A stretch of DNA of 37,642 nucleotides from a virus (IMGVR_UViG_3300031953_000063:1-37642), one strand, 5' to 3'; positions 8,404 to 15,563 are shown, counted from the first letter of the stretch. Translations and numbers: made by a program. Notes: generated by a model not told the origin, from the sequence alone.

Positions 8404-8580
8404 GCGCGGGATGAAAAAGACCCAGAACAGGGACCTCAAAAGGCCAATCTGTAGCTTCATAAACTGAGCCCGTGCCGGAAACGGTTATAAAACAGTTTAG
8501 AAGTGGTAAGCGGGCCGCGCTCGGCAAGCATACATTACCCGTAAGATTGGCAAAAGCCGCGACCACTGCGTAAAGTGGTA
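8396..8580 (+). ncRNA. Putative structured ncRNA upstream of the tRNA-like element
   Basis: GAGCGCGG/CCGCGCTC closing stem, GNRA hairpin, several internal stems; GC-rich and non-coding. Confidence 0.5.
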
Positions 8581-8583
8581 AAA

Positions 8584-8701
8584 GACCGGATGGCGGAATT
8601 GGTAGACGCTACCCCTATTGTTGGGGAAGACTAACGGAAGGTGCAAATCCTTTATTCCTAAGTTGAGGAAAGTCGTGCAGGTTCAATTCCTGCTCCGGGC
8701 A
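8584..8701 (+). tRNA. Atypical tRNA-Leu-like element (pseudo or undetermined tRNA) with branched variable region
   Basis: Acceptor GACCGGA/TCCGGGC, D-arm GGCGGAATTGGTAGACGC, T-arm GCAGGTTCAATTCCTGC; non-canonical anticodon loop; no encoded CCA. Confidence 0.7.
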
Positions 8702-8716
8702 CTATCAAAAGCAAAA

Positions 8717-8741
8717 TGTCACACTGAGCGCAGTCGAAGTG
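8717..8741 (+). repeat. Host-type REP-like element TGTCACACTGAGCGCAGTCGAAGTG
   Basis: Resembles the CTGAGCGnAGTCGAAG repeat I recall as common in Flavobacterial genomes. Confidence 0.55.
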
Positions 8742-8840
8742 CTGCCGAAGACGAAAAGCTAATAAATTAATGTTCAATAGCCTTAAAAAGACCACATAGC
8801 AGGCTATTTTTTAAACAAATTGTTATGTGGCGTTATTATT

Positions 8841-9038
8841 ATGATTGAAGTAGGTTTTATAAAAAAAGTAAACAATAAAGGGCTTGAATTTGATTTACAA
8901 GCTATTGATGAAGAATTTTTAGTGCTGCCAGAAGATGGCTCAAAAGCAAGAATTAGAAGATTAGGAATTGTTATATCCGAAGTTCCCGAAAATCACTATG
9001 GAATTAAGAAAGGAACTAAAATGTTGATGGCTGAATAA
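8841..9038 (+). CDS. Hypothetical protein in an inverted-repeat-bounded cassette
   Basis: ATG 8841; AT-rich; flanked by a 15-bp inverted repeat. Confidence 0.55.
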   Translation: MIEVGFIKKVNNKGLEFDLQAIDEEFLVLPEDGSKARIRRLGIVISEVPENHYGIKKGTKMLMAE

Positions 9039-9091
9039 TGCCACATAAAAAGCTAATAAACACCCTTTATAACCTTAAACACTAATAAATT

Positions 9092-9502
9092 ATGACATCA
9101 ACCGCAGATCAACGTCGCCGCATCCACATACTCACCAACTTCGACCCAGAGCTGAAAGCAGCCTATGTGCAGGAAATTACCCAAAACCCAAAAAAGACCA
9201 GCACAAAAGACCTAACGCCCACACAGGCGCAAAGTATCATCAACAAACTATCCACCAATTGGGCAGCTTTTGATAAAGCAGATAAAAGGCACCTGTTTAT
9301 CCTTTCGCTATTAATGCAAATGGGTTGGACGGTAAACAATGGCCGTTTTGGCGAAGTGGCAGATTTAGCCCGTTTTAATGCCTTTTTAAAGTCGCTTAAA
9401 AGCCCCGTTAGAAAACCTTTAAAAGATATGACCCCCACAGAAGTTTCGCAAAAACTTATCCCGTGTCTGGAAAGTATGATTGGTAAAGCGTATGCAAAAT
9501 GA
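9092..9502 (+). CDS. GemA/Gp16-like (DUF1018-like) Mu-type protein
   Basis: 'QRRRIHIL...KTSTKDLTPTQAQSII...KPLKDMTPTE' pattern; position in the early region. Confidence 0.6.
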   Translation: MTSTADQRRRIHILTNFDPELKAAYVQEITQNPKKTSTKDLTPTQAQSIINKLSTNWAAFDKADKRHLFILSLLMQMGWTVNNGRFGEVADLARFNAFLKSLKSPVRKPLKDMTPTEVSQKLIPCLESMIGKAYAK

Positions 9503-9666
9503 AAATACCGCAAAAGCCCCCTTTGGGGGTTGGGGGACCTTGCCAGCATCCAGAAGATAACCTCATAACAAAAGTAGTAGGCGGCACCGTAAACTGCGAA
9601 ACCACCAGAACCCAATGCACCCTGTGCAAAGAATTTTTAACCGAACCAGAAACAGATTGTCGATGA
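9499..9666 (+). CDS. Small Cys-rich putative zinc-binding protein, 55 aa (not in ORF track)
   Basis: MKIPQKPPLGVGGPCQHPEDNLITKVVGGTVNCETTRTQCTLCKEFLTEPETDCR; ATGA overlaps at both ends. Confidence 0.65.
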   Translation: MKIPQKPPLGVGGPCQHPEDNLITKVVGGTVNCETTRTQCTLCKEFLTEPETDCR

Positions 9667-9869
9667 AAATAGAAACTTTTACTAAAGCCCAATATCTTCA
9701 AGATGAATTGAAGACGGAAGAAAAAGTAACTCAAACCATAAAAGAGTTATATATAAAACATAAAGCCAAACAGCTCACCAGCGATGAAATTACATGGCTT
9801 TTAAATTTAGCTATTGGCTATAATAGCTCAGCGCTAGTTTTAGTGAACAAGCAATTTGAAGAACTATGA
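9663..9869 (+). CDS. Hypothetical protein
   Basis: ATGA-coupled start at 9663. Confidence 0.6.
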   Translation: MKIETFTKAQYLQDELKTEEKVTQTIKELYIKHKAKQLTSDEITWLLNLAIGYNSSALVLVNKQFEEL

Positions 9870-10156
9870 CCGTCCGCCAAAAATACCAAGAAAACCTAAG
9901 CCTAATAGCAGCATACAAAGACTTCTACGAAGTGCGCCACTATCAAGAAGAGCAACAGCATCCAGGAGCAAAGCGCATAGACGAAAACGACGAACATGAG
10001 TTAATGACAGAAATCGCGCGATTACTAAATGAAAACAAAGAAATACGCCACGAAGCAATTGTACAACCTTCCTCATTAGATAATGAATACTACGATTACA
10101 GCATTCCAATAACGTCCAATTTTGAAATTATAGAAACTCATGTGCCAACCCATTAA
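9866..10156 (+). CDS. Hypothetical protein
   Basis: ATGA-coupled ORF. Confidence 0.6.
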   Translation: MTVRQKYQENLSLIAAYKDFYEVRHYQEEQQHPGAKRIDENDEHELMTEIARLLNENKEIRHEAIVQPSSLDNEYYDYSIPITSNFEIIETHVPTH

Positions 10157-10445
10157 ACTAGAAATAAAGCCAACGGTGCTGTTCGAATTGTGTAAAGCAC
10201 TTGATTTCGACGTTCCACCCGTAAACGATAAGCAAGCAAAAAGCTACGTTAGTTTATTAACGCACGTGCTTTTAAAACTTTCAAAAAAAGAGCTCAGCAA
10301 CCGTGGTAGCGAAAAACCAATAAAAATAAAGCTAGAATATTTTGAGGCTTTCTGCTTAGAAAAAACGCTAGAAGTTATCCTGGTTAAAACCCCCGCCCGA
10401 AATATCCAAAACGTCTTCGATCAACTCAATCAAAAAACCACATAA
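10140..10445 (+). CDS. Hypothetical protein
   Basis: ORF within the early operon. Confidence 0.6.
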   Translation: MCQPIKLEIKPTVLFELCKALDFDVPPVNDKQAKSYVSLLTHVLLKLSKKELSNRGSEKPIKIKLEYFEAFCLEKTLEVILVKTPARNIQNVFDQLNQKTT

Positions 10446-10448
10446 GTA

Positions 10449-10895
10449 ATGGCCGAACTAGAAACCACATACACCGTAATAGGCACCACCTTCACTGGTA
10501 CAATGATTTTTAAATACGATTTAGAAGGCTTTTTAACCCACTTTGAACTGGTAGATGCCCAACTAAACGAAGTGCAGCGCAACTGGTTGTACACGCAAAA
10601 ATTCCCCTATAAAGCAGAGCGCCTAAAGCATTTTTATGCCATCAATAACTTCACCGTAACCAAAGGTTTGCCAGATGTAAGTTTTGAAGCATTTTACAAC
10701 CTATACGCCTACAAAGTAAAGCGCACCCGCGCAGAAGGACTTTGGGCCAAATTAAACCAAACCGAAAAAATAAACTGCCTTGCCAGCATAAAACCATACA
10801 ACAATTGGCTACGTAGGCAAAACGGAATAGCAAAACAACAACCAGACACCTACATAAGCCAAAAACGCTGGCTGGACGATTTCCGCAGCATGTAA
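10449..10895 (+). CDS. Conserved phage protein with replication-protein-like C-terminus
   Basis: 'SFEAFYNLYAYKVKRTRAEGLW...PDTYISQKRWLD'. Confidence 0.7.
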   Translation: MAELETTYTVIGTTFTGTMIFKYDLEGFLTHFELVDAQLNEVQRNWLYTQKFPYKAERLKHFYAINNFTVTKGLPDVSFEAFYNLYAYKVKRTRAEGLWAKLNQTEKINCLASIKPYNNWLRRQNGIAKQQPDTYISQKRWLDDFRSM

Positions 10896-10930
10896 ATTTT
10901 GAATGAATAATGTTTAATTAATAATGAATA

Positions 10931-11269
10931 ATGAAAATATCAAAGAAAACACTTGTAAAAGAAGCTAAAGAAGCAGGCGTAAAACCTGAATTGTATATTA
11001 ACTGGATAAGATATAACAATTTCATTTTTGAGCGCAATAATGAGGATAAATCTATTCAATATAAATGGGATGGTTCCACTCACTTCATTAGAGGATTAAA
11101 ACTTCAAATTCATTTTATGAATAATTCCTATTTGGAATTAAAAATTATCGCTGGAAAAGATAATGAGATTATGACTTTATTATTATTCTCTTTTTCTGAA
11201 AATAACGCGTCGCTACTTTATGTAGTTATGGTTGCAGTAATTGAAAACTTCTTAAACAACAACAAATGA
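10931..11269 (+). CDS. AT-rich hypothetical protein (moron-like)
   Basis: Visibly lower GC than neighbours; ATGA overlap with the next gene. Confidence 0.55.
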   Translation: MKISKKTLVKEAKEAGVKPELYINWIRYNNFIFERNNEDKSIQYKWDGSTHFIRGLKLQIHFMNNSYLELKIIAGKDNEIMTLLLFSFSENNASLLYVVMVAVIENFLNNNK

Positions 11270-11571
11270 AAATCTACATCACAGGAAAAGTAACCGGCGA
11301 ACCAATTGCAGAATGCACCATAAAGTTTGGCACCGCCCAAAAGCAATTAGAAGCCCTAGGCCACCAAGCCATAAACCCGCTTGCCGTAGTAAACGATTTT
11401 AAAGCCACTTGGCAGGATGCAATGAAACTTTGCATAAAAGCATTAATGGACGCAGATGCCATTTATCTACTAGCCTGCAGCAACAACAGCAAAGGCGCAG
11501 CGGTAGAAATAGAACTTGCAAAACACTTGCAAATACCAATGTTTAATAACCTTAAAAATATACCAAAATGA
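11266..11571 (+). CDS. DUF4406 family (nucleoside 2-deoxyribosyltransferase-like) protein
   Basis: 'KIYITGKVTG...INP...DADAIYLL...SKGAAVEIELA'. Confidence 0.85.
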   Translation: MKIYITGKVTGEPIAECTIKFGTAQKQLEALGHQAINPLAVVNDFKATWQDAMKLCIKALMDADAIYLLACSNNSKGAAVEIELAKHLQIPMFNNLKNIPK

Positions 11572-11807
11572 CAGATTTCCCTATTCTTTTCGCAATGCTA
11601 CTGGTGCTACTCGTATTTTTAGCCATACTTGGCCTTGGCATATTAGTAGGCGTTTATTGCTTTAAAGTAGCCGAATTTAAAGGCAACCTTAACCCAACAG
11701 ATCCCGAAATAGAAGCATTACCCCGCTGCAGCTGTTTTGACGTAAACGACTGCGATACCCAATGCCGTGCAAAGGCACTGTTTGCAAAATTTCCACCAGA
11801 AGCATAA
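11568..11807 (+). CDS. Single-TM protein with Cys-rich C-terminus
   Basis: Translation. Confidence 0.55.
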   Translation: MTDFPILFAMLLVLLVFLAILGLGILVGVYCFKVAEFKGNLNPTDPEIEALPRCSCFDVNDCDTQCRAKALFAKFPPEA

Positions 11808-11813
11808 CCCATT

Positions 11814-11948
11814 ATGGCGTATAAAAAAGCACCTAGTATAGAACATTTGCAGAAAAAGCAGCACCAAACCAGAATGAAACGAATGTTTTCAAAACCACGC
11901 ATTCTTGGCTATAAAGACATATTCGGAAAAAAGAAACCAGAAGCATAA
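11814..11948 (+). CDS. Small basic protein, 44 aa (not in ORF track)
   Basis: MAYKKAPSIEHLQKKQHQTRMKRMFSKPRILGYKDIFGKKKPEA fills the gap exactly. Confidence 0.55.
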   Translation: MAYKKAPSIEHLQKKQHQTRMKRMFSKPRILGYKDIFGKKKPEA

Positions 11949-11952
11949 CACT

Positions 11953-12240
11953 ATGAAATACACGCTCACACCCACCCAAAAGCAATATGTAATAGACAAC
12001 CGGTTTAATATGTCTATGAAGTTAATGGCAGCCAATTTAGGCATACCCTTTTCGCGCGTTCGCAATTATATGCAAGTAGATAAGCTAATGTTAACCCACG
12101 AACAAGTACAAAAACTAAAATACCAAAACCGTACTGGCGCCCCCAGACCAGAAAAAAGAAACGACTACCTACGCCCCCCACACGTACCAGAACCGTGGAA
12201 CCATTTTCTAAACCTTGTTACTATGCAAACTACGGTGTAA
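11953..12240 (+). CDS. HTH-containing protein
   Basis: Start ATG 11953; 'MSMKLMAANLGIPFSRVRNY'. Confidence 0.6.
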   Translation: MKYTLTPTQKQYVIDNRFNMSMKLMAANLGIPFSRVRNYMQVDKLMLTHEQVQKLKYQNRTGAPRPEKRNDYLRPPHVPEPWNHFLNLVTMQTTV

Positions 12241-12463
12241 TTAAGATAATTTAAAAAGGGATATAATGCAGAAATTAGTGGGTTTACCAACAGCAGAAAA
12301 GATAGTAAAATTGAAGGTGTCCAAAGCCTGTTTTCTGTTCCTAACGAGGGGGCTTAGGCTTGACCCAAAAGGAATATCGTTTAGTTGGACTGCAACCCTT
12401 TTTTATTAATTATAACGTTCAAGGCTATGCGTAGTTGCGGAATAATAACTAAAATTAATAGAT

Positions 12464-12724
12464 ATGGATATTGACCAAATAATTAAAAAGTACAACCTAA
12501 ATGTTGGGTCTAAAGACGGAATTTTGACAACAGACAGGGGTGAATTAGAAACCATTTTAAAAGAGTACCATACCGAGCAATTACGTATAGGTGGTGTTAG
12601 CCAACAACGTGAACTGTTATTAGATTTTACTGACAAGGTTATCAAATCACCACCTAGTTGTTTGTTGTATGGGAAACATATAGAGTTTATTGAAGATTAT
12701 TTAAAATATAATAATTGTGGCTAA
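12464..12724 (+). CDS. Hypothetical protein spanning an attC-like junction
   Basis: 86 aa; junction encodes 'QLRIGGVS'; stop lies within GGCTAAC. Confidence 0.65.
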   Translation: MDIDQIIKKYNLNVGSKDGILTTDRGELETILKEYHTEQLRIGGVSQQRELLLDFTDKVIKSPPSCLLYGKHIEFIEDYLKYNNCG

Positions 12725-12769
12725 CGTTCACTGGGTATAATTAGTTTTTTAACGATTAAATAAACAAAA

Positions 12770-13072
12770 ATGGAATTAAAGACAGCAATAGAGATATTAG
12801 ATTATCATCAAGAATGGAGACTTGGCAAACGAGACGATATGATTCACAAACCTAAAAAATTAACACAGGCTTTGGATATTGTGCTATTTGAAGTTAAAAA
12901 ATTAATTATACCCGTTGTTGTAAGTAGTGCTTCAGAATGCAGGCATAATAGCCAACAAGAAAAACTAAACATAGTACACTGGTATGATTTTGCAGAAAAT
13001 GAAATTGCCAATGGTAGAAAGCAGGAACAATGTATGAAGTGTAAAAAATGGTACTTCCCATCGGAATTATAG
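12770..13072 (+). CDS. Hypothetical protein spanning an attC-like junction, Cys-rich C-terminal half
   Basis: 100 aa; junction encodes 'KLIIPVVVS'; CxH...CxxC in the C-terminal half. Confidence 0.65.
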   Translation: MELKTAIEILDYHQEWRLGKRDDMIHKPKKLTQALDIVLFEVKKLIIPVVVSSASECRHNSQQEKLNIVHWYDFAENEIANGRKQEQCMKCKKWYFPSEL

Positions 13073-13214
13073 CATTACTTACAACATGTGTATATACGCC
13101 ACTCCCCAAAAAAAGTGTCGTATATACCCCCAAATAGACGTATATACGTCATAAAATTTTCCTATAAACAAAATATTTATTACCTTTAATTAACTCCCTT
13201 TAAAACCGTTCATT

Positions 13215-13703
13215 ATGAAAACCATGTTAACCATTTTTGGAACCATTTTAGGCATCTTTCTATTTTTCTTATTTGTAGGCAACATATCGTCCAGCAAACG
13301 CGAAAGGGAAAACACCCAATTAACAGAAAAACACTGCCAGATAGATTGGAGTGAAACCACTCGCCCTGGTCGTGCTGCAATATTAGAAGAGTTTGCAGAC
13401 AATTACATTCTACAAGACAACGGCAATGGCCTTAATATTTCGCAAACGGCCACTAATTTGCTTAAACCACATTTAAAGTACCCAAATACCCTAAAGGTAA
13501 ATGGCGAAAAACCAACGTATAACACCGTGCGCCTTTCCCTTCGTAATGTAACCGACAATACAGACGATGGAAACCTTACATTTTCAGAAGTTTTTACCTC
13601 CGAAAATAAACTTGGAATGCCAGTAAAAGGCCAGTTTTGGTTTACCGTAAATTATAACGCAGGATGCCAACCATTTAAAATTATTGATTTTCAAGTAGAA
13701 TAA
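13215..13703 (+). CDS. N-terminally anchored periplasmic/membrane protein (moron)
   Basis: Signal anchor; 'LKYPNT...SENKLG' motif; candidate own promoter and operator upstream. Confidence 0.7.
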   Translation: MKTMLTIFGTILGIFLFFLFVGNISSSKRERENTQLTEKHCQIDWSETTRPGRAAILEEFADNYILQDNGNGLNISQTATNLLKPHLKYPNTLKVNGEKPTYNTVRLSLRNVTDNTDDGNLTFSEVFTSENKLGMPVKGQFWFTVNYNAGCQPFKIIDFQVE

Positions 13704-13891
13704 TGATAAAACTACGCTACGACTTAATTACCGCCCATAAATGTGGCGAAACCGAACACCCGCAAAAAGTACTGCAAGATCTAGGCTATAATCTTCTAAG
13801 TTATGAAGGTGTGCCAATTGGCGACTGCGTACTTGTAGAAGTTGAAAAACCTATAGAACCGCTCCCCCGCTTTTTAACAATAGTTAAATAA
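13703..13891 (+). CDS. Hypothetical protein
   Basis: TAATG overlap with the upstream gene. Confidence 0.6.
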   Translation: MIKLRYDLITAHKCGETEHPQKVLQDLGYNLLSYEGVPIGDCVLVEVEKPIEPLPRFLTIVK

Positions 13892-13895
13892 CTTT

Positions 13896-13922
13896 AAACC
13901 ACCCTTAAAACAGTGGTTTTTT
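13896..13922 (+). terminator. Intrinsic terminator ending the early/accessory operon
   Basis: AAACCAC-loop-GTGGTTT followed by a T-run. Confidence 0.55.
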
Positions 13923-13963
13923 TGTGTTAACAACCTGTGAACTTCCACCCCCTGCTAATGGGT

Positions 13964-13993
13964 TGACATCTGCGTTATTTGGCGTTATATTTG
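13964..13993 (+). promoter_or_regulatory. Promoter for the Mor/C-like gene
   Basis: TTG upstream and TATATTTG at 13986-13993, 15 nt before ATG. Confidence 0.6.
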
Positions 13994-14008
13994 TTTTAAA
14001 CGTCCACA

Positions 14009-14212
14009 ATGAGCCAGCCTACTACAGCCAACACACTCCGTAAGCACAAAGATGCCGTGGCGCTCTACCATAAATTATCTTCAAAAACCGAGACGTTTAA
14101 CAACAGCAAAGTAAAAATACACAGCGACGCATGGTGCCTCGCTAAAGCAGCACACAAACACTACCTTTCCCCAGCTACACTGGAAAGTATTCTTTATAAA
14201 GTTTCAGTTTAA
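14009..14212 (+). CDS. Mor/C-like late transcription activator (putative)
   Basis: C-terminal HTH-like 'AAHKHYLSPATLESIL'; last regulatory gene before the morphogenesis block. Confidence 0.5.
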   Translation: MSQPTTANTLRKHKDAVALYHKLSSKTETFNNSKVKIHSDAWCLAKAAHKHYLSPATLESILYKVSV

Positions 14213-14242
14213 TATTTTATATTTACATAAACAATCGCAAAA

Positions 14243-14527
14243 ATGGAAAACAATAAACACTTCACCTTCGAAGAGCTGTTAGGTAAATTTAAAAACGGCC
14301 AAGAGCTTTACGAAAAAAGCGCACTTTTCAACAGAGTAGTACGAACGCTTGCAGCTGGCCAATCACCTTATGAATTACTAGAAGAGGTAATTGTAATTGC
14401 AGATGCTATTCAAGAAAATTTCACAGAATACGCTAAAAGCGATACTAGAAATTTAAGTATCACTGTTTCTAAGGAATCTTATAACCGCCTTCTGCAGGAA
14501 GTTCCGGCACCGACGGATCTTCCCTAA
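14243..14527 (+). CDS. Hypothetical protein
   Basis: 94 aa; converges on and overlaps the minus-strand late operon by 59 nt. Confidence 0.55.
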   Translation: MENNKHFTFEELLGKFKNGQELYEKSALFNRVVRTLAAGQSPYELLEEVIVIADAIQENFTEYAKSDTRNLSITVSKESYNRLLQEVPAPTDLP

Positions 14528-15026
14528 CAATACGAACCTCGTTTGGCGTAACCTCTACCCAACTGTCCATTGCGCTCAGGTCGCGTAATTTGCACACAAA
14601 GCTTTGGCGGTATAAGTTGCCTGCGCTTCCGGTATCTACGGGCGTAAAGGCTACGCGGCGCATTTCGCTGTAGGTATTGCCTGTGGTGCCGTGAAATAAC
14701 TGGTGCGCTTTGTTGGCGTTTCTTAAAAAGTTGAGTGCATCTTCTTGGTTGTAGCTTCCGGCATAGGTATCGCTAAAGGTTTCAAAGAAGTGATAAATAT
14801 CTACTTGCACATCGCAATCCTGCGCTTTTTCGGCTGCGTCTTCGGTGTTTAAAATTCGGATAGCATAAAACCACGCGGGTGTGGGGAATGGGTGTTCCTC
14901 TTCCAAAAAGTTTACTTGGTTATGCCACAGATCCTGCCATTCCACTTCTGGAATTTTGGCGGCTACAGCTTCGCACATTTCCAAATACAATCCTGTAAAA
15001 TCTTGTTTATAGTTTTCTGTTACCAT
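14469..15026 (-). CDS. Tail completion/terminator-like protein (Gp37-like)
   Basis: 'WQDLWHNQV...PFPTPAWF'; position after gpG. Confidence 0.6.
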   Translation of the reverse strand: MVTENYKQDFTGLYLEMCEAVAAKIPEVEWQDLWHNQVNFLEEEHPFPTPAWFYAIRILNTEDAAEKAQDCDVQVDIYHFFETFSDTYAGSYNQEDALNFLRNANKAHQLFHGTTGNTYSEMRRVAFTPVDTGSAGNLYRQSFVCKLRDLSAMDSWVEVTPNEVRIVREDPSVPELPAEGGYKIP

Positions 15027-15050
15027 AACATTTGGTCGTTTATTATTTAA

Positions 15051-15563
15051 TTAAGATTTAAAGCGTTTTAAAATGGTATTTAAAAGCCATTCGTCTAGGT
15101 TACTCATTAAGGTTTCTGAGTGGCCCAAAAATTGCCGTTTTGGAATGGTTACGGTAAACATATCTTTTTTGGTAAGTGCCATATTTTTCCAAAACTGCTT
15201 TTTTGTTTTGTAGTACATATACCAAAAATACTTCCGGCTTTTTTCGGTAACGCGAATGTTTATAACGCCACCGTTGTTATGGATGTCTGCATATTCGGCA
15301 TCGCTGAAATAGATTATTTTCATTCCATTTAATTCATATTCAACGGAATTTTCAAGAAATGCACTTTTCGTCAATATTCGTCTTCCTGGATCTATATCGC
15401 CTGCTCGTTCTTCCCACTTCTGAAAGCTCTTATCAGTAAAACCTTGATTTGGAAAACTATCTTTGAAAAAATTCTTTCCAGTCACTCCTGCATAACGCAA
15501 CGCGTCATAAACGAGCTTGGCGCCCATTGCATTAAAGTCTGGTGCTTTTTCGAATTTACTCAT
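15051..15563 (-). CDS. Virion morphogenesis protein (Mu gpG-like)
   Basis: 'YADIHNNGG...IPKRQFLG'. Confidence 0.85.
   Translation of the reverse strand: MSKFEKAPDFNAMGAKLVYDALRYAGVTGKNFFKDSFPNQGFTDKSFQKWEERAGDIDPGRRILTKSAFLENSVEYELNGMKIIYFSDAEYADIHNNGGVINIRVTEKSRKYFWYMYYKTKKQFWKNMALTKKDMFTVTIPKRQFLGHSETLMSNLDEWLLNTILKRFKS

Larger units (their letters stand above)
12234..13150 (+). repeat. Array of abutting attC-like inverted repeats (cassette array)
   Basis: Stem pairs 12425-12438/12577-12590, 12596-12607/12715-12725, 12733-12753/12893-12913, 12917-12931/13071-13085, 13090-13103/13114-13127, bounded by YAAC and GTTR. Confidence 0.75.

Noticed and set aside
8584-8701. Canonical tRNA-Gln(TTG), or an integration-site tRNA
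   Set aside because: The body is Leu-type, the loop lacks U33 and purine 37, and the variable region is oversized. Mu-like phages do not use tRNA att sites and no duplicate of its 3' end was seen.
8717-8741. Hammerhead ribozyme (CTGA...CGAA)
   Set aside because: It lacks the full CUGANGA/GAAA core and three stems; a REP-like repeat fits better.
12234-13150. CRISPR array or diversity-generating retroelement repeats
   Set aside because: The repeats are inverted and differ between units; there are no constant direct repeats with spacers, no reverse transcriptase and no TR/VR pair.
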